A stretch of 64,000 bases of DNA, taken from Centroscyllium fabricii. Its lineage: Eukaryota. Below, piece after piece: positions 38,881 through 49,541 of this stretch. Each line of letters starts with the position of its first letter. The first letter of the stretch is position 1. Made by a program: the position numbers and the translations under genes. The notes beneath the pieces were generated by a model that made no database searches, had not been told where the DNA came from, and saw only the letters and a list, made by a program, of their open reading frames with translations. The stretch spans positions 91,760,001 through 91,824,000 of the forward strand of contig JBNRSN020000005.1 of assembly GCA_051313645.2 (NCBI GenBank). The letters run 5' to 3'.

Positions 38881-39261
38881 CTGTAAAACAAGATGCATTC
38901 ACTTAAATGTACAAGGTGGTTATAGTTACAGAAGGATTTATGGAATCAAGAAATGTGTGAAATAGATGTAACTAAACTGAAAATATCTGCAGTCTGATCT
39001 TATAGAGGAATCGAAGATGGAAAACAGTATAGAACGATGAATCCAAAACACTAAACTAAACAGGGATGTTCAAACTAGCAAAGGGCAAACTTAGCAGCGA
39101 TGTCAAGAAGTTTTTCTTCACATGAAAAGTGCTGAACATACAGATTGGCATTCCAGGTAGAGTAGTGGAATACCAAGGAGTTAGTTATTAAACAGCTGGA
39201 AGCTGTGTTGGAGGAATAATCAGGTTCTTCATCATGGATGAGCGAACCTGGATGGATTTTT

Positions 39262-41070
39262 TTTTAATTTGTTCATGGGATGTGGGCGTCGCTGGCAAGG
39301 CCAGCATTTATTGACCATCTCTAATTGCCCTCGAGAAGGTGGTGGTGAGCCGCCTTCTTGAACTACTGCAGTCTGTGTGGTGAAGTTACTCCCAACAGTA
39401 CTGTTAAGGAGGGAGTTCCAGGATTTTCACCCAGTGACGATGAAGAAATGGTGATATACTTCCAAGCCAGGATGGTGTGTGACTTGGAGGGGAACTTGGT
39501 GGTGTACCCAAGCACCTGCTGCCCTTGTCCTTCTAGGTAGAAGAGGTCGCGGGTTTGGGAGGTGCTGCTAAAGAAGCCTTGGCGAGCTGCTGCAGTGCAT
39601 CTTGTAGATGGTACACACTGCAGCCACGGTATGCCGGTGGTGGAGGGAGTGAATGATTAAGGTGGTGGATGGGGTGGCCAATCAAGTGGGCTGCTTTGTC
39701 CTGGATGGTCTTGGGCTTCATGAGTGTTTTTGGAGCTGCACTCATCCAGGCAAGTGGAGAGTATTCCATCACACTCCTTATTTGTGCCTTGTGGATGGTG
39801 GAAAGGCTTTTGGGAGTCAGGAGGTGAGACACTCACCGTAGAATACCTAGCATCTGGCCTGCTCTTGTTGCCACAGTATTTATGTGGCTGGTCCAGTTAA
39901 GTTTCTGATCAATGGTGACCCCCCCAGGATGTTGATGGTGGGGGATTCAGCGATGGTAATGCTGTTGAACGTCAAGCGGTGGTGGTTAGACTCTCGCTTG
40001 TTGGAGATGGACATTGTCTGGCACTTCTGTGGCACGAATGTTACCTGCCATTTATCAGCTCAAGCCGGAACGTTGTCCAGGTCTTGCTGCATGCAGACAT
40101 GGATGCTTCATTATCTGTGGAGTTGTGAATGGCGCTGAACACTGTGTAGTCATCAGCGAACATCCCCATTTCTGACCTTATGCTGGAGGAAAGGTCATTG
40201 ATGAAACAGCTGAAGATGGTTGGGCCTAGGACACTGCCCTGAGGAACTCCTGCAGCGATGTCCTGGGGCTGTGATGATTGACCTTCAACCACTACAACCA
40301 TCTTCCTTTGTGCTAGGTATGACTCCAGCCAGTGGAGTTTCTCCCCCCCGGTTCCCATTGACTTCAGTTTTACTAGGGTTCCTTGATGCCACACTCGGTC
40401 AAATGATGCCTTGATGTCAAGGGTAGTCACTCTCACCTCACCTCTGGAATTCAGCTGCTTTGTCCATGTTTGGACCAAGGCTGTAATGAGGTCGGGAGCC
40501 AAGTGGTCTTGATAAAGTCCAAACTGGGCATCAGTGAGCAGGTTATTGGTGAGTAAGTGCAGCCTGATAGCACTGTCGATGACAACTTCCATCACTTTGC
40601 TGATGATTGCGAATAGACTGCTGGGGCGGTAATTGGCCGGATTGGGTTTGTCCTGCTCTTTGCGGACAGAACATACCTGGGCAGTTTTCCACATTGTTGG
40701 GTAGATGCCAGTATTGTAGCTGTACTAGAACAGCTTGGCTAGAGGCGCGGCTAGTTCTGGAGCACAAGTCTTCAGCACGACAGCTGGGATGTTGTCAGGG
40801 CCCATAGACTTTGCTGTATCCAGTGCACTCAGCCGTTTCTTGATATCACGGAGTGAATCGAATTGGCTGAAGGCTGGCTTCTGTGATGGTAGGGACCACA
40901 GGAGGAGGCCGATATGAATCATCCACTCGGCACTTCTGGCTGAAGATGGTTGCAAACGCTTCAGTCTTGTCTTTTGCACTCACGTGCTGGGCTCCACCAT
41001 CACGGAGGGTGGGGATATTCATGGAGCCTCCTCCTCCAGTTAGTTGTTTAATGGTCCACCACCATTCATG
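39262..41070 (-). mobile_element. CR1/L2-group LINE (second family), 5'-truncated
   Basis: [23 protein letters not shown] and MFADD motifs. Confidence 0.88.
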
Positions 41071-41194
41071 AATGGCTTTCATCTCCATCTATCTTATGAA
41101 TACTTCACTTTTTAGATTATAGTAGGGATTCTGAACAAAAGTATCAACTTAAAAAAAAATACAATTTTCTTTTTCTGAAGTTACACATTTTAAA

Positions 41195-42172
41195 AAATTC
41201 ATTCACGGGATATGGGCATCCCTAATTGCGTTTGAGAATTGGTGGTGAGCCGCCTTCTTGAACTGCCGCAGACCGTGTGGTGAAGGTACTCCTATAGCGC
41301 TGTTTGGAAGGGAGTTCCAGGATTTTGACCCAACGACGATGAAGGAACAGTGATATATTTCCAAGTCAGGATGGTGTGCGACGTGGGAGGGGAACTTGCA
41401 GGTGGTGGTGTTCCCATGAGCTCGCTACTCTTGTCCTTCTAGGTGGTAGAGGTCGCGGGTTTGGGAGGTGCTGTTGAAGGAGCCTTGGCGAGTTGCTGCA
41501 GTGCATCTTGTAGATGGTGTACACTGCAGCCACGGTACGCTGGTGGTGGAGGGAGGGAATGTTTAATGCTCAAGGATTTGGAGCTTTGGGGAGTCGGGAG
41601 ATGAGTCACTCACTGCAGAATACCAAGCCACTACCTGCTGTTGTAGCCACAGTATTTATGCAGCTGGTCCAGTTAAGTTTCTGGTGGGAAATATCTGCGG
41701 TACAGAGGAGGATGACTAAAATGATACCTACTCTTTGGGGCTCTTAAGTTATCAGGACAGACTTTTTTTTATATTCGTTTATGGGATGTGGTTGTCACGG
41801 TCAAGGCCAGCATTTATTGCCCATCCCTAATTGCTCGAGGATGTGGTGGTCAGCCACCTTCTTGAACCGCTGTAGTCTGTGTGGTGAAGGTACTCCCACA
41901 GTGCTGTTAGGTAGGGAGTTCCAGGATTTTGACCCAGCGACAATGAAGGATCGGCGATATACTTCGAAGTCAGGATAGTGTGTGACTTGGAGGGGAACTT
42001 GGAGATGATGGTGTTCCCATGCGCCTGCTGCCCTTGTCTTTCTAAGTGGAAGCGGTCACGGGTTTAGGAGGTGCTGCCAAAGAAGCCTTGGCGAGTTGCT
42101 GCAGTGCATCTTGTAGATGGTATACACTGCAGCCACGGTTCACCGGTGGTGGAGGGAGTGAATGTTTAATGC
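41195..42172 (-). mobile_element. Two short 3' fragments of the second LINE family within an old CR1 remnant
   Basis: 41195-41685 and 41764-42172 repeat the 39262-39900 sequence; CR1 remnant AVQRRMTKMIP lies between and after them. Confidence 0.75.
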
Positions 42173-42319
42173 TCAAGGATTTGGAGCTATTTTCATTGGA
42201 GAATCTGGATCAGAAGGAGTACAATTGAGGTTTTTAAAATCATAAGGGGTCCTGTCGGGTTGGGTAAGATATTTGAGATGGATAGGGATGAGAATACCAG
42301 GAGACATACATATAAAATA

Positions 42320-43120
42320 CAGGTTGAGCACAGTTATAACGGCACGGGCGGGACTAGGCCTGCGCCGGTGTAACGAAAAAACCGGTAGACTGAAGCCGGC
42401 CAGTGTGCACGCGCGCATCATTCAAAATGGCCGCGCGCATGCGCACAACATTGGAAATGGCCGCCAAACATTCAAAATATTAGATCATCTCATCCAGAAC
42501 TCTGCTGTTTGCATCCTTGTTTGTCCATCGCTGACCTGCATTGGCACCAAGTTACCCAATGCTCACACTTAAAATTCTAACCTCCTGTTTAAATCTCTTC
42601 ACGGGCTCACCCCTCCCTATCTCAGTAACCTCCACCAACCCCACAACCACCCACTTCTGCCCCTTAACTATCGGTTCCTTTGACTGTGGGCACTTGTGCA
42701 TCTTCCCCTCCGTTTAAGCGTTTCAGGGATGGCAGGCGAGCCACCGCACCCTGACGTCACGGAAGGCCCAGCTCGTCTGGTGGCCCTTTTGAATGCTCTG
42801 CGCATGCGCTCGCCATTCGGCGGCGCATGCGTAGATCATTCAATTCTTCCGGCGGACTGGGCCCTACTGCTCTCTCTCGCCTATCCTCTATCTGTCTGCT
42901 CGCCCGACTGCCCTGCGCATGCGCAAAATGGCCGCCACGATCGAGGCTTCGGCAAATGATCTGCGCATGCACCGCCAAACGGCGAGCGCATGCGCAGATC
43001 ATTTGCCGAAGCCTCGATCGCGGCAGCCATTTTGCGCATGCGCAGGGCAGTCGGGGCGATTTGTGCCGGAAGACTGAAGTTGCCAGCTTTTCGGTTACCG
43101 GATTAACGGTGCTCAACCTG
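42320..43120. mobile_element. Tc1/mariner (Tigger/pogo-like) non-autonomous element with cargo
   Basis: TA|CAGGTTGAGCAC ... GTGCTCAACCTG|TA; internal L2-like fragment and a long hairpin. Confidence 0.85.
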
Positions 43121-43482
43121 TACTTAGTAACATTTAATCTAACTTCCTGCCTGAGTATTTCTTTCACAAAGAGTCATTGCCCTCTGGAACAGATGACTGA
43201 AGCATGGGGTGAATAAGGATTCTCTGTAGTCATTCAAAAGGGAGCTGGACAAGTTCCTGAGAGAGGAGGGCATTTCCACTTATACAGCGTAAAGCTCGGG
43301 ATAGCTGGGAATAGCAGGATTTATGTGTCACCGTAGTCTCCTGGAGCTTTACTCAATTGCCTTAGAGGATCAGAAAGGAATTTCTTAGGAGTTTTTCCCT
43401 ACACTGGCCTCAGGGGCTTAGGAGATTGCATGACTATGTATTTTAAGGAGAACAATATCAACTAAACAATCCAGAACATGCA

Positions 43483-43641
43483 TCATAGAATCATAGAATC
43501 CCTACAGTGCAGATAGAGGCCATTTCAGCCCATCGAGCCTGTACCGACACATATCCCACCCTATTCCCATAACCCCACATATTTAATCCCCCCAACACGA
43601 AGGGTCAATTTATCCTGGCCAATCAACCTAGCCCGCACATC
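43483..43641 (-). mobile_element. Truncated HE1-like SINE 3' part
   Basis: aagggtcaatttatc...ggccaatcaaccta...cgcacatc as at 54144-54185. Confidence 0.75.
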
Positions 43642-43993
43642 AGGTGGTGAAAATGTAAACCCAGTTCAGACAAATGAGGTGAAGGTCACCTCTCTCTGAA
43701 GGCTGGACTGGATCCAAAATGAAGTGTAATTGAGGTAGTTTTAGCCCAGTGGACAGATAACAATAGTACAAAACTGCCTCTGCACAATACAAAGAAAAAA
43801 AATCTTTGTATTGCAACTATAACCTGTAAAGTCAACAGCAAAAAACTGATGTAAAAATATGTAACAAAAAACTTTGCAAGTCTATTTAAGAATGGATGGA
43901 TTTATCATTTTGTTACACATAATGCTCAGCACCAATTTTCTCAAGATAGTTAAAATATTTATATATATATATTTTAAAGTGAGAAAAGCTTAC

Positions 43994-44121
43994 GGGTTCC
44001 AGTGTTCCTTGGAGATTCTGTATAAACTACCAAACATAATTGGTAGAATTTTCTCAGAGTTATCCTCAATCAGGCTAAGAATGTACTCATTATTCCAGAA
44101 ATACAAAGCTCTTTCTGCAAC
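43994..44121 (-). CDS. PPP2R5A: PPP2R5A coding exon
   Basis: tccacag|GTT GCA...AAC CC|gtaagc; [43 protein letters not shown]; [12 protein letters not shown] is alpha-type. Confidence 0.95.
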
Positions 44122-46087
44122 CTGTGGAGATGAGAATTAAGTTGAAAACATTTCAATTTAAAATAAACAATTTCACAAGATTATTTACTGAAGGTACAGG
44201 AATTAATTCCCTGAGCAAATGTTTTTACCATGCCATATTTCACATCCCATTAATGAGAGTAGGAAAGGGGGAAGTCACTTAACTGGCCCTTTCCTTTTCG
44301 GATATGAAGTCGCATCACATACAAATAAGACTAATCAAACTTTTCTTTCTTCCTCCCCAAATATAAATTCAGCTCATTTTCAGAACATGCAGAAGCAATT
44401 ATCATTCCCTAATCCCACTATAATTTAGACAACATTTTGATGCTCACAAAGAAAAAAGGGTGCTTGTAACTTCCACATTGATCTCTGAACTGCTAATATA
44501 GTTCCACTTTTACCATAAACACCATCACAATGAACATGCAACAGTTAATGACAGAAGGAAAATTAAAATGACTCCAAGCAAATGACCCTCACTGTTTTAC
44601 ATTTTGCTCTTGTGTGCATGGGAAGGACAGGCACATGTATGGTCACAGAATTTTTTTTTTGCAAGTCAAGTGGAGAGTAAATCCTTCTCTGCTCTGCGTC
44701 AACATTGTTCTAATCTTGACCCTAGCATACCAGTGTGCATATTTCCCATTCTCGGAAAACTTTCATGTAAATTTGTGCTGAACTACGAGTGGGTTTGTGG
44801 CAGGGTCCAGTGACAATAAGGACTGAGTTCTGACTGCCTAAACTGATTTTGCCTTTACAGCTAGCAGAAAGAGATGTTCACTCTATGGCAACAATTTTAG
44901 ACTTCCACCCAGAACAGTTGTAAGTCGGAGCAGTCATACTGTGTTGGGAGCACTCCTCTTCTTGCTGGTTCCACAAATCTTTTCCTAAACACATTTTTGG
45001 GTCTTTTCTTTAACACCCACCAGGACCGCTGGTCAGATTGCACAACACCTGATACAAATGGGTAGAGCGTGCAACACGCACACTCAATTCATTTGTCCTT
45101 GAAAATTGCAATTAGGGTTCTACAAAGGCGCAGGACCCTGATTTGCATATTTAAGCAGGCCCCCCGCCAGAAACAGGCGGGCACGCTATTGGCCCATTTA
45201 CAGGCGTGCCTGAAAATTGCATCAGGTGAATCTTGGACATCAATGGCGCAGCTGAGGTGCTGCCCCAATATAGTTGAGAAATGGTGGCCAGTAGTTCAAA
45301 TTTGTGCATCAGTTTCTGGATTCAAACTCAGGTTCTGCAGGAGAAAGTTCAATTTAAACAGCTGCACCACTCAGTCCTATTTTGCAACAACAACAACAAT
45401 GTATTTATATAGTACTTTTAACCTAGTAAAACGTCCCAAGGCATTTCACAGGAGCATTAAAAAACAAAATTTGACACTGAGCCACAGAGAGATATTAGGG
45501 CTGATGACCAAAGCTTGGTCAAAGAGGTAGGTCTTAAGGAGCTACTTAAAAGGAGGAAAGAGAGGCAGAGAAGTTTAGAGAGGGAATTCCAGAGCTTAGT
45601 CCTCGGCAGCTGAAGGCACGGCCATCAATGGTGGAGTGATTAAAACTGGGGATGCACAAGAGCCAGAATTGGAGGAGCACATATATCTCTAAGGGTTGTA
45701 GGACTGGAGGAGGTTACAGACATAGGGAGGGGTGAGGCCATGGATGGATTTGAAAACAAGGACGATAATTTTAAAATCGAGGTGTTGCTTAACCGGGAGT
45801 CAATATAGGTCAGTGAGCACAGGGGTGATGGATGAACGGGACTTGGTGAGAGTTAGGATACGGGCAGCAGAGCTTTGGATGACCTTAAGTTTATGGAGGG
45901 TGGAAGATGGGGGGCTGGCCAGGAGTGTGTTGGATTAGTCAAGTCTAGAGGTAGCAAAGGCATGGATGAGGTTTTCAAAAGCAGATGCGCTGAGGCAGGT
46001 GTGAAGTCGGGCAATGTTAGAGATGGAAATAGGCAGTCTTAGTGATGCTGCAGATATGTGGTCGGAAGCTCATCTTGGGGTCAAATA

Positions 46088-47063
46088 CAGGTTGAACACC
46101 GTTAATCCGTTAACCGTTAAGCCAGCAGCTTCAGTCGTCCAGCATAAATTGCCCCGACTGCCCTGCCCATGCGCAAAATGGCCACCGCGATTGATGCTGC
46201 TGCCAATGATCTGTGCATGTGCCGCTGAACGGCGAGCGCATGCGCAGACCATTCCAAATGGCCATCGATGTTTTGAATGATCTGCGCATGCGCAGCCGAA
46301 CACTTGCAGCACTTCATTTCAAAAACCTCTGCTTGACTGCCACGTCTGTGCGTTTTATCTTTTGGCCAGGATGCATTGGTAATACACTTTCTCCACTTTA
46401 CTCATAGGAAGATGGGAAAGTTAAAGGATGAGCTAGTCCATGCTGCTGTTCCGCACCTTCTACTACCTGCACACTGGCTATCAGCCTGCAAAGCTAATTT
46501 CTCCCTTTCTAACTGTAAACAGTGAAAGATAAAACGCATAGACATGGCAGTCAAGCAGAGGATTTTGAAATGAAGTGCTGCAAGTCGGGTAGCAAAAGGC
46601 TGTGGGAAAATTGGACTGCAGGAGATGACCCTCTGTGTGCGGCAGTATAATGTGTTCATTATTTTTCAATTATTACACAAAGATAAATTGTACTGATCAA
46701 ACTAAATGAATCTGATCATAGCTGTTGCTCTGTGTGTCCGCTTGCTTTGAAATGAAGCAGCTTAATGATTTGTTTGAAGCCTTTTCTGAGTGTATTCTCG
46801 ATCTGCCTTCAGAGCTATTGAAGAATTACAGGCATCAAGGAGGTGATTTTTGTTAAACCCCCAGGTTATTTTATCATTTAAGTCGATATAGGAGAGTGTG
46901 AAATCATTCTTGTTCGGCGAAGCATGCGCAGATCATTCAAAATTTCGCCGCGACCATTTTGAATGCTGTGCGCATGCGCCGCCGTGGCTACAATCAGTCG
47001 CCGTTTTCAACAATCTGGTAGGGTGCTGGTCCCGACCCTGCCGGATTAATGGTGTTCACCCTG
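46088..47063. mobile_element. Tc1/mariner (Tigger/pogo-like) non-autonomous element with cargo
   Basis: TA|CAGGTTGAACACCGTTAATCCG ... CGGATTAATGGTGTTCACCCTG|TA; the left arm is homologous to the right arm of 42320-43120. Confidence 0.85.
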
Positions 47064-47171
47064 TACAACACTAAAATTGTGAACAGTCTGGTTCAGCCTC
47101 AGACAGTTGCCAGGGAGAGGGTTGGAGTCGGTGGCAAGGGAACATAGTTTGGAGTGGTGACCGAAGACAAT

Positions 47172-47958
47172 GGGCCGATACTTCCGATCTCCGCAGCAGG
47201 TTTTGGAGCCGGGTGTTAGCGCACCCAAGCTCCAAATCGCACGGAGCAGCCGTTTACAGCTGCTCCCTGCATTTCCGAAGGCGGCTAGCAAGGGCAGGGC
47301 TGGGGGGGGGGGGGGGGGAAGAGAGCTGCTGCAAGGAGGATCGCACTCGCCTGCGCACCAGGAGGTGCGCAGTGAACTTCCGGTTTTTTCCCGACTTTTT
47401 TTTTAATCGGGGTAAGTATGCAAGATTTTACACTTGAAAATGCCAGACGTAAGCACCCGTTTTTAGCAGGTAAGTCTTTATTTTATAGAATTTAAGTATT
47501 GTTTTTACAGGTTTTTAATTTTTTTTAACTTTAAAGACAGGTAAGTATTCTTTTAGGCCAGTTAAAGACTTCAATTTTTTTTCTAAATTTTTATTTTTTC
47601 TTTAATAGGTAATTTATGTTAGTTAGACTACTGTTAAAAAAGTGGTGTTTTTTAAATTTTATTTTTGTGTTTAAATGTGTTTCTGAAGCTCTTCCAATTC
47701 AAAATTTACACAGATTTCTCCGTGTAAGTTTTGAATGGAGGATTGCTTCCATTGATTGGCTCCCTGCCGATCATGTGGTCTCGTGCGAGATTTCAAACTA
47801 ATTGCGCCATTGAGTTGCACCAGCAGCTCGCATGGAGCCTGAAGCAGCTGTCCAACTCGGGAGTTCACAGCATAAAATTTCAAAACGGCAGACGTGCAGG
47901 GTAAGTGTAACAAGGAGCCCTGCACTCACACGAAGGCTCCAAGGCTAATTTCTGGGCC
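47172..47958. mobile_element. Non-autonomous Harbinger-like element
   Basis: AAT|GGGCCG...CTGGGCC|AAT with a 3-bp TSD; homologous to 13187-13907. Confidence 0.75.
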
Positions 47959-48284
47959 AATGGCTTCCGTCTTCCCAATATTTGGTTGGAGGAAATTTCT
48001 GCTCATCCAGTACAGAATGTCAGCCAAGCAGTCTGACAATTTAGACAGTGGAGGAGTCACGAGGTGTGTTGGTATCTTTAACATTGAGGTTTATTACAGT
48101 CACTGATGTAATAAGCATTATTTATCTAAACCAGGCATCATATTTTAAAAAGCCCTCTTTGATAACATCCCATTGCTGGATATGCTAATGTTAATTAAAA
48201 AAAATAATTAAGAGCAAATTGCAATACTTTCTCCATTTTTATTTTACAATTTTTATATGGCTCAGAATTCTTGTTATGCTAGTG

Positions 48285-48434
48285 AGAGGCCAGTGTCGGG
48301 AGGAGCAGAGAGCAGCGGTACAGTGAGTACTTACTCACTTTCGCGGGCTTTCTTTCAGAGGCCAGTGTTGGGAGGAGCAAAGAGTGGCGGTACAGTGAGT
48401 ACTTACTCACTTTTGTGGGCTTTCTTTCAGAGGC
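48285..48434 (+). repeat. 72-bp tandem monomers at the CR1 5' end
   Basis: Units start at 48285 and 48357 (partial third at 48429), each with the hairpin agtgagta-ct-tactcact. Confidence 0.85.
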
Positions 48435-49146
48435 TTACCAATCTCACAGACCGGCAGCGCCGTTCTGGAGCCACGTCACAATTCAAAAAGTGATGCGGGC
48501 AAGAAGCAGCAGCTGATTGGGTGAGTATGGCCAGATGAGTATTTATACTACTCTATAGTTTGACACTTAAGATTAACAGTTTATAAAATTTAGAAAGTCT
48601 TAATTTTTGTGATTATAGTTTCTAAGGTCTCTTGTTGTGTATCGGGGAGTGCTAATAACCAAGGGCCCTTGAGTATATCATTTAATTGTAGAGTAATTAG
48701 TGGTATTGATTTGATTTAATTTAAAATAATGAAAGGGTAATGCATGGCAGAACAGCTCAGCACTGTGGCATGCTCCTCCTGCACTATGTGGTAAATCAGG
48801 GACACTTCCTCTGTCCTCGACGACCATGTGTGCGGGAAGTGTATCCAGCTGCAGCTACTGACAGACCACATTGCGGCACTGGAGCTGCGAATGGATACAT
48901 ACTGGAGCATTCGCGATGCTGAGGACATCATGGATAGCACGTTCAGGGAGTTAGTTACACCGCAGGTAAAGGCTGCACAGGCAGAAAGGGAATGGGTGAT
49001 CACCAGGCAGAGTAGTAGCACAGGCAGGTAGTGCAGGGGTCCCTTGTGGACATCCCCCCTCAAACACATATACCACTTTGGAAATAACAACAGAAAACAC
49101 TGGAGAAACTCAACAGGCCAGGCAGCATCAGTAGAGAGAGAAACAG

Positions 49147-49184
49147 AGTTAACGTTTCAGGTCGAAGACCTTTCATCAGAACTG
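49147..49184 (-). ncRNA. Minimal type I hammerhead ribozyme motif (intact core)
   Basis: Minus strand AGUU-CUGAUGA-A-AGGUC-UUC-GACCU-GAAAC-GUU-AACU, with stem I AGUU/AACU, a perfect stem II and a palindromic ACGU stem III. Confidence 0.78.
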
Positions 49185-49541
49185 GAAAAAGCAGGAGAGT
49201 GGATAGATTTTAAAGCAAGCGGGGGCTGGGGAAAGGGGGATGAAAGAATAAAAGGGAAGATCAGCGACAAGATAGATTAAGAGAAATTGAGAGACTTTAA
49301 GAGATATTCAAGAAACACAGGATGGCTCTGGATGAAGTGTGAATGGCTCTGGCAGAGAAAAGGAAAAAGCCCAGACGAAAGTGTGGATTGAAAAAAGGAG
49401 AAAATATATACAGGTGTATATAAAAATATGAGATAGGGGCCAAGGTTATGATCTGAAATTGTTGAACTCTATGTTTAGTCCAGAGGGCTGTAGAATGCCT
49501 AAGCAAAAGATGAGGTGCTGTTCTGCGAGCTTACACTGAGC

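Larger units (their letters stand above)
45385..48070 (-). mobile_element. L2-like LINE split by two DNA elements (46088-47063 and 47172-47958)
   Basis: Homologous to 6097-6690; host sequence rejoins across both inserts. Confidence 0.75.

Noticed and set aside
44890-45345. Possible additional Harbinger-type MITE with an octamer ATTTGCAT
   Set aside because: No convincing TIR pair or TSD could be defined by eye
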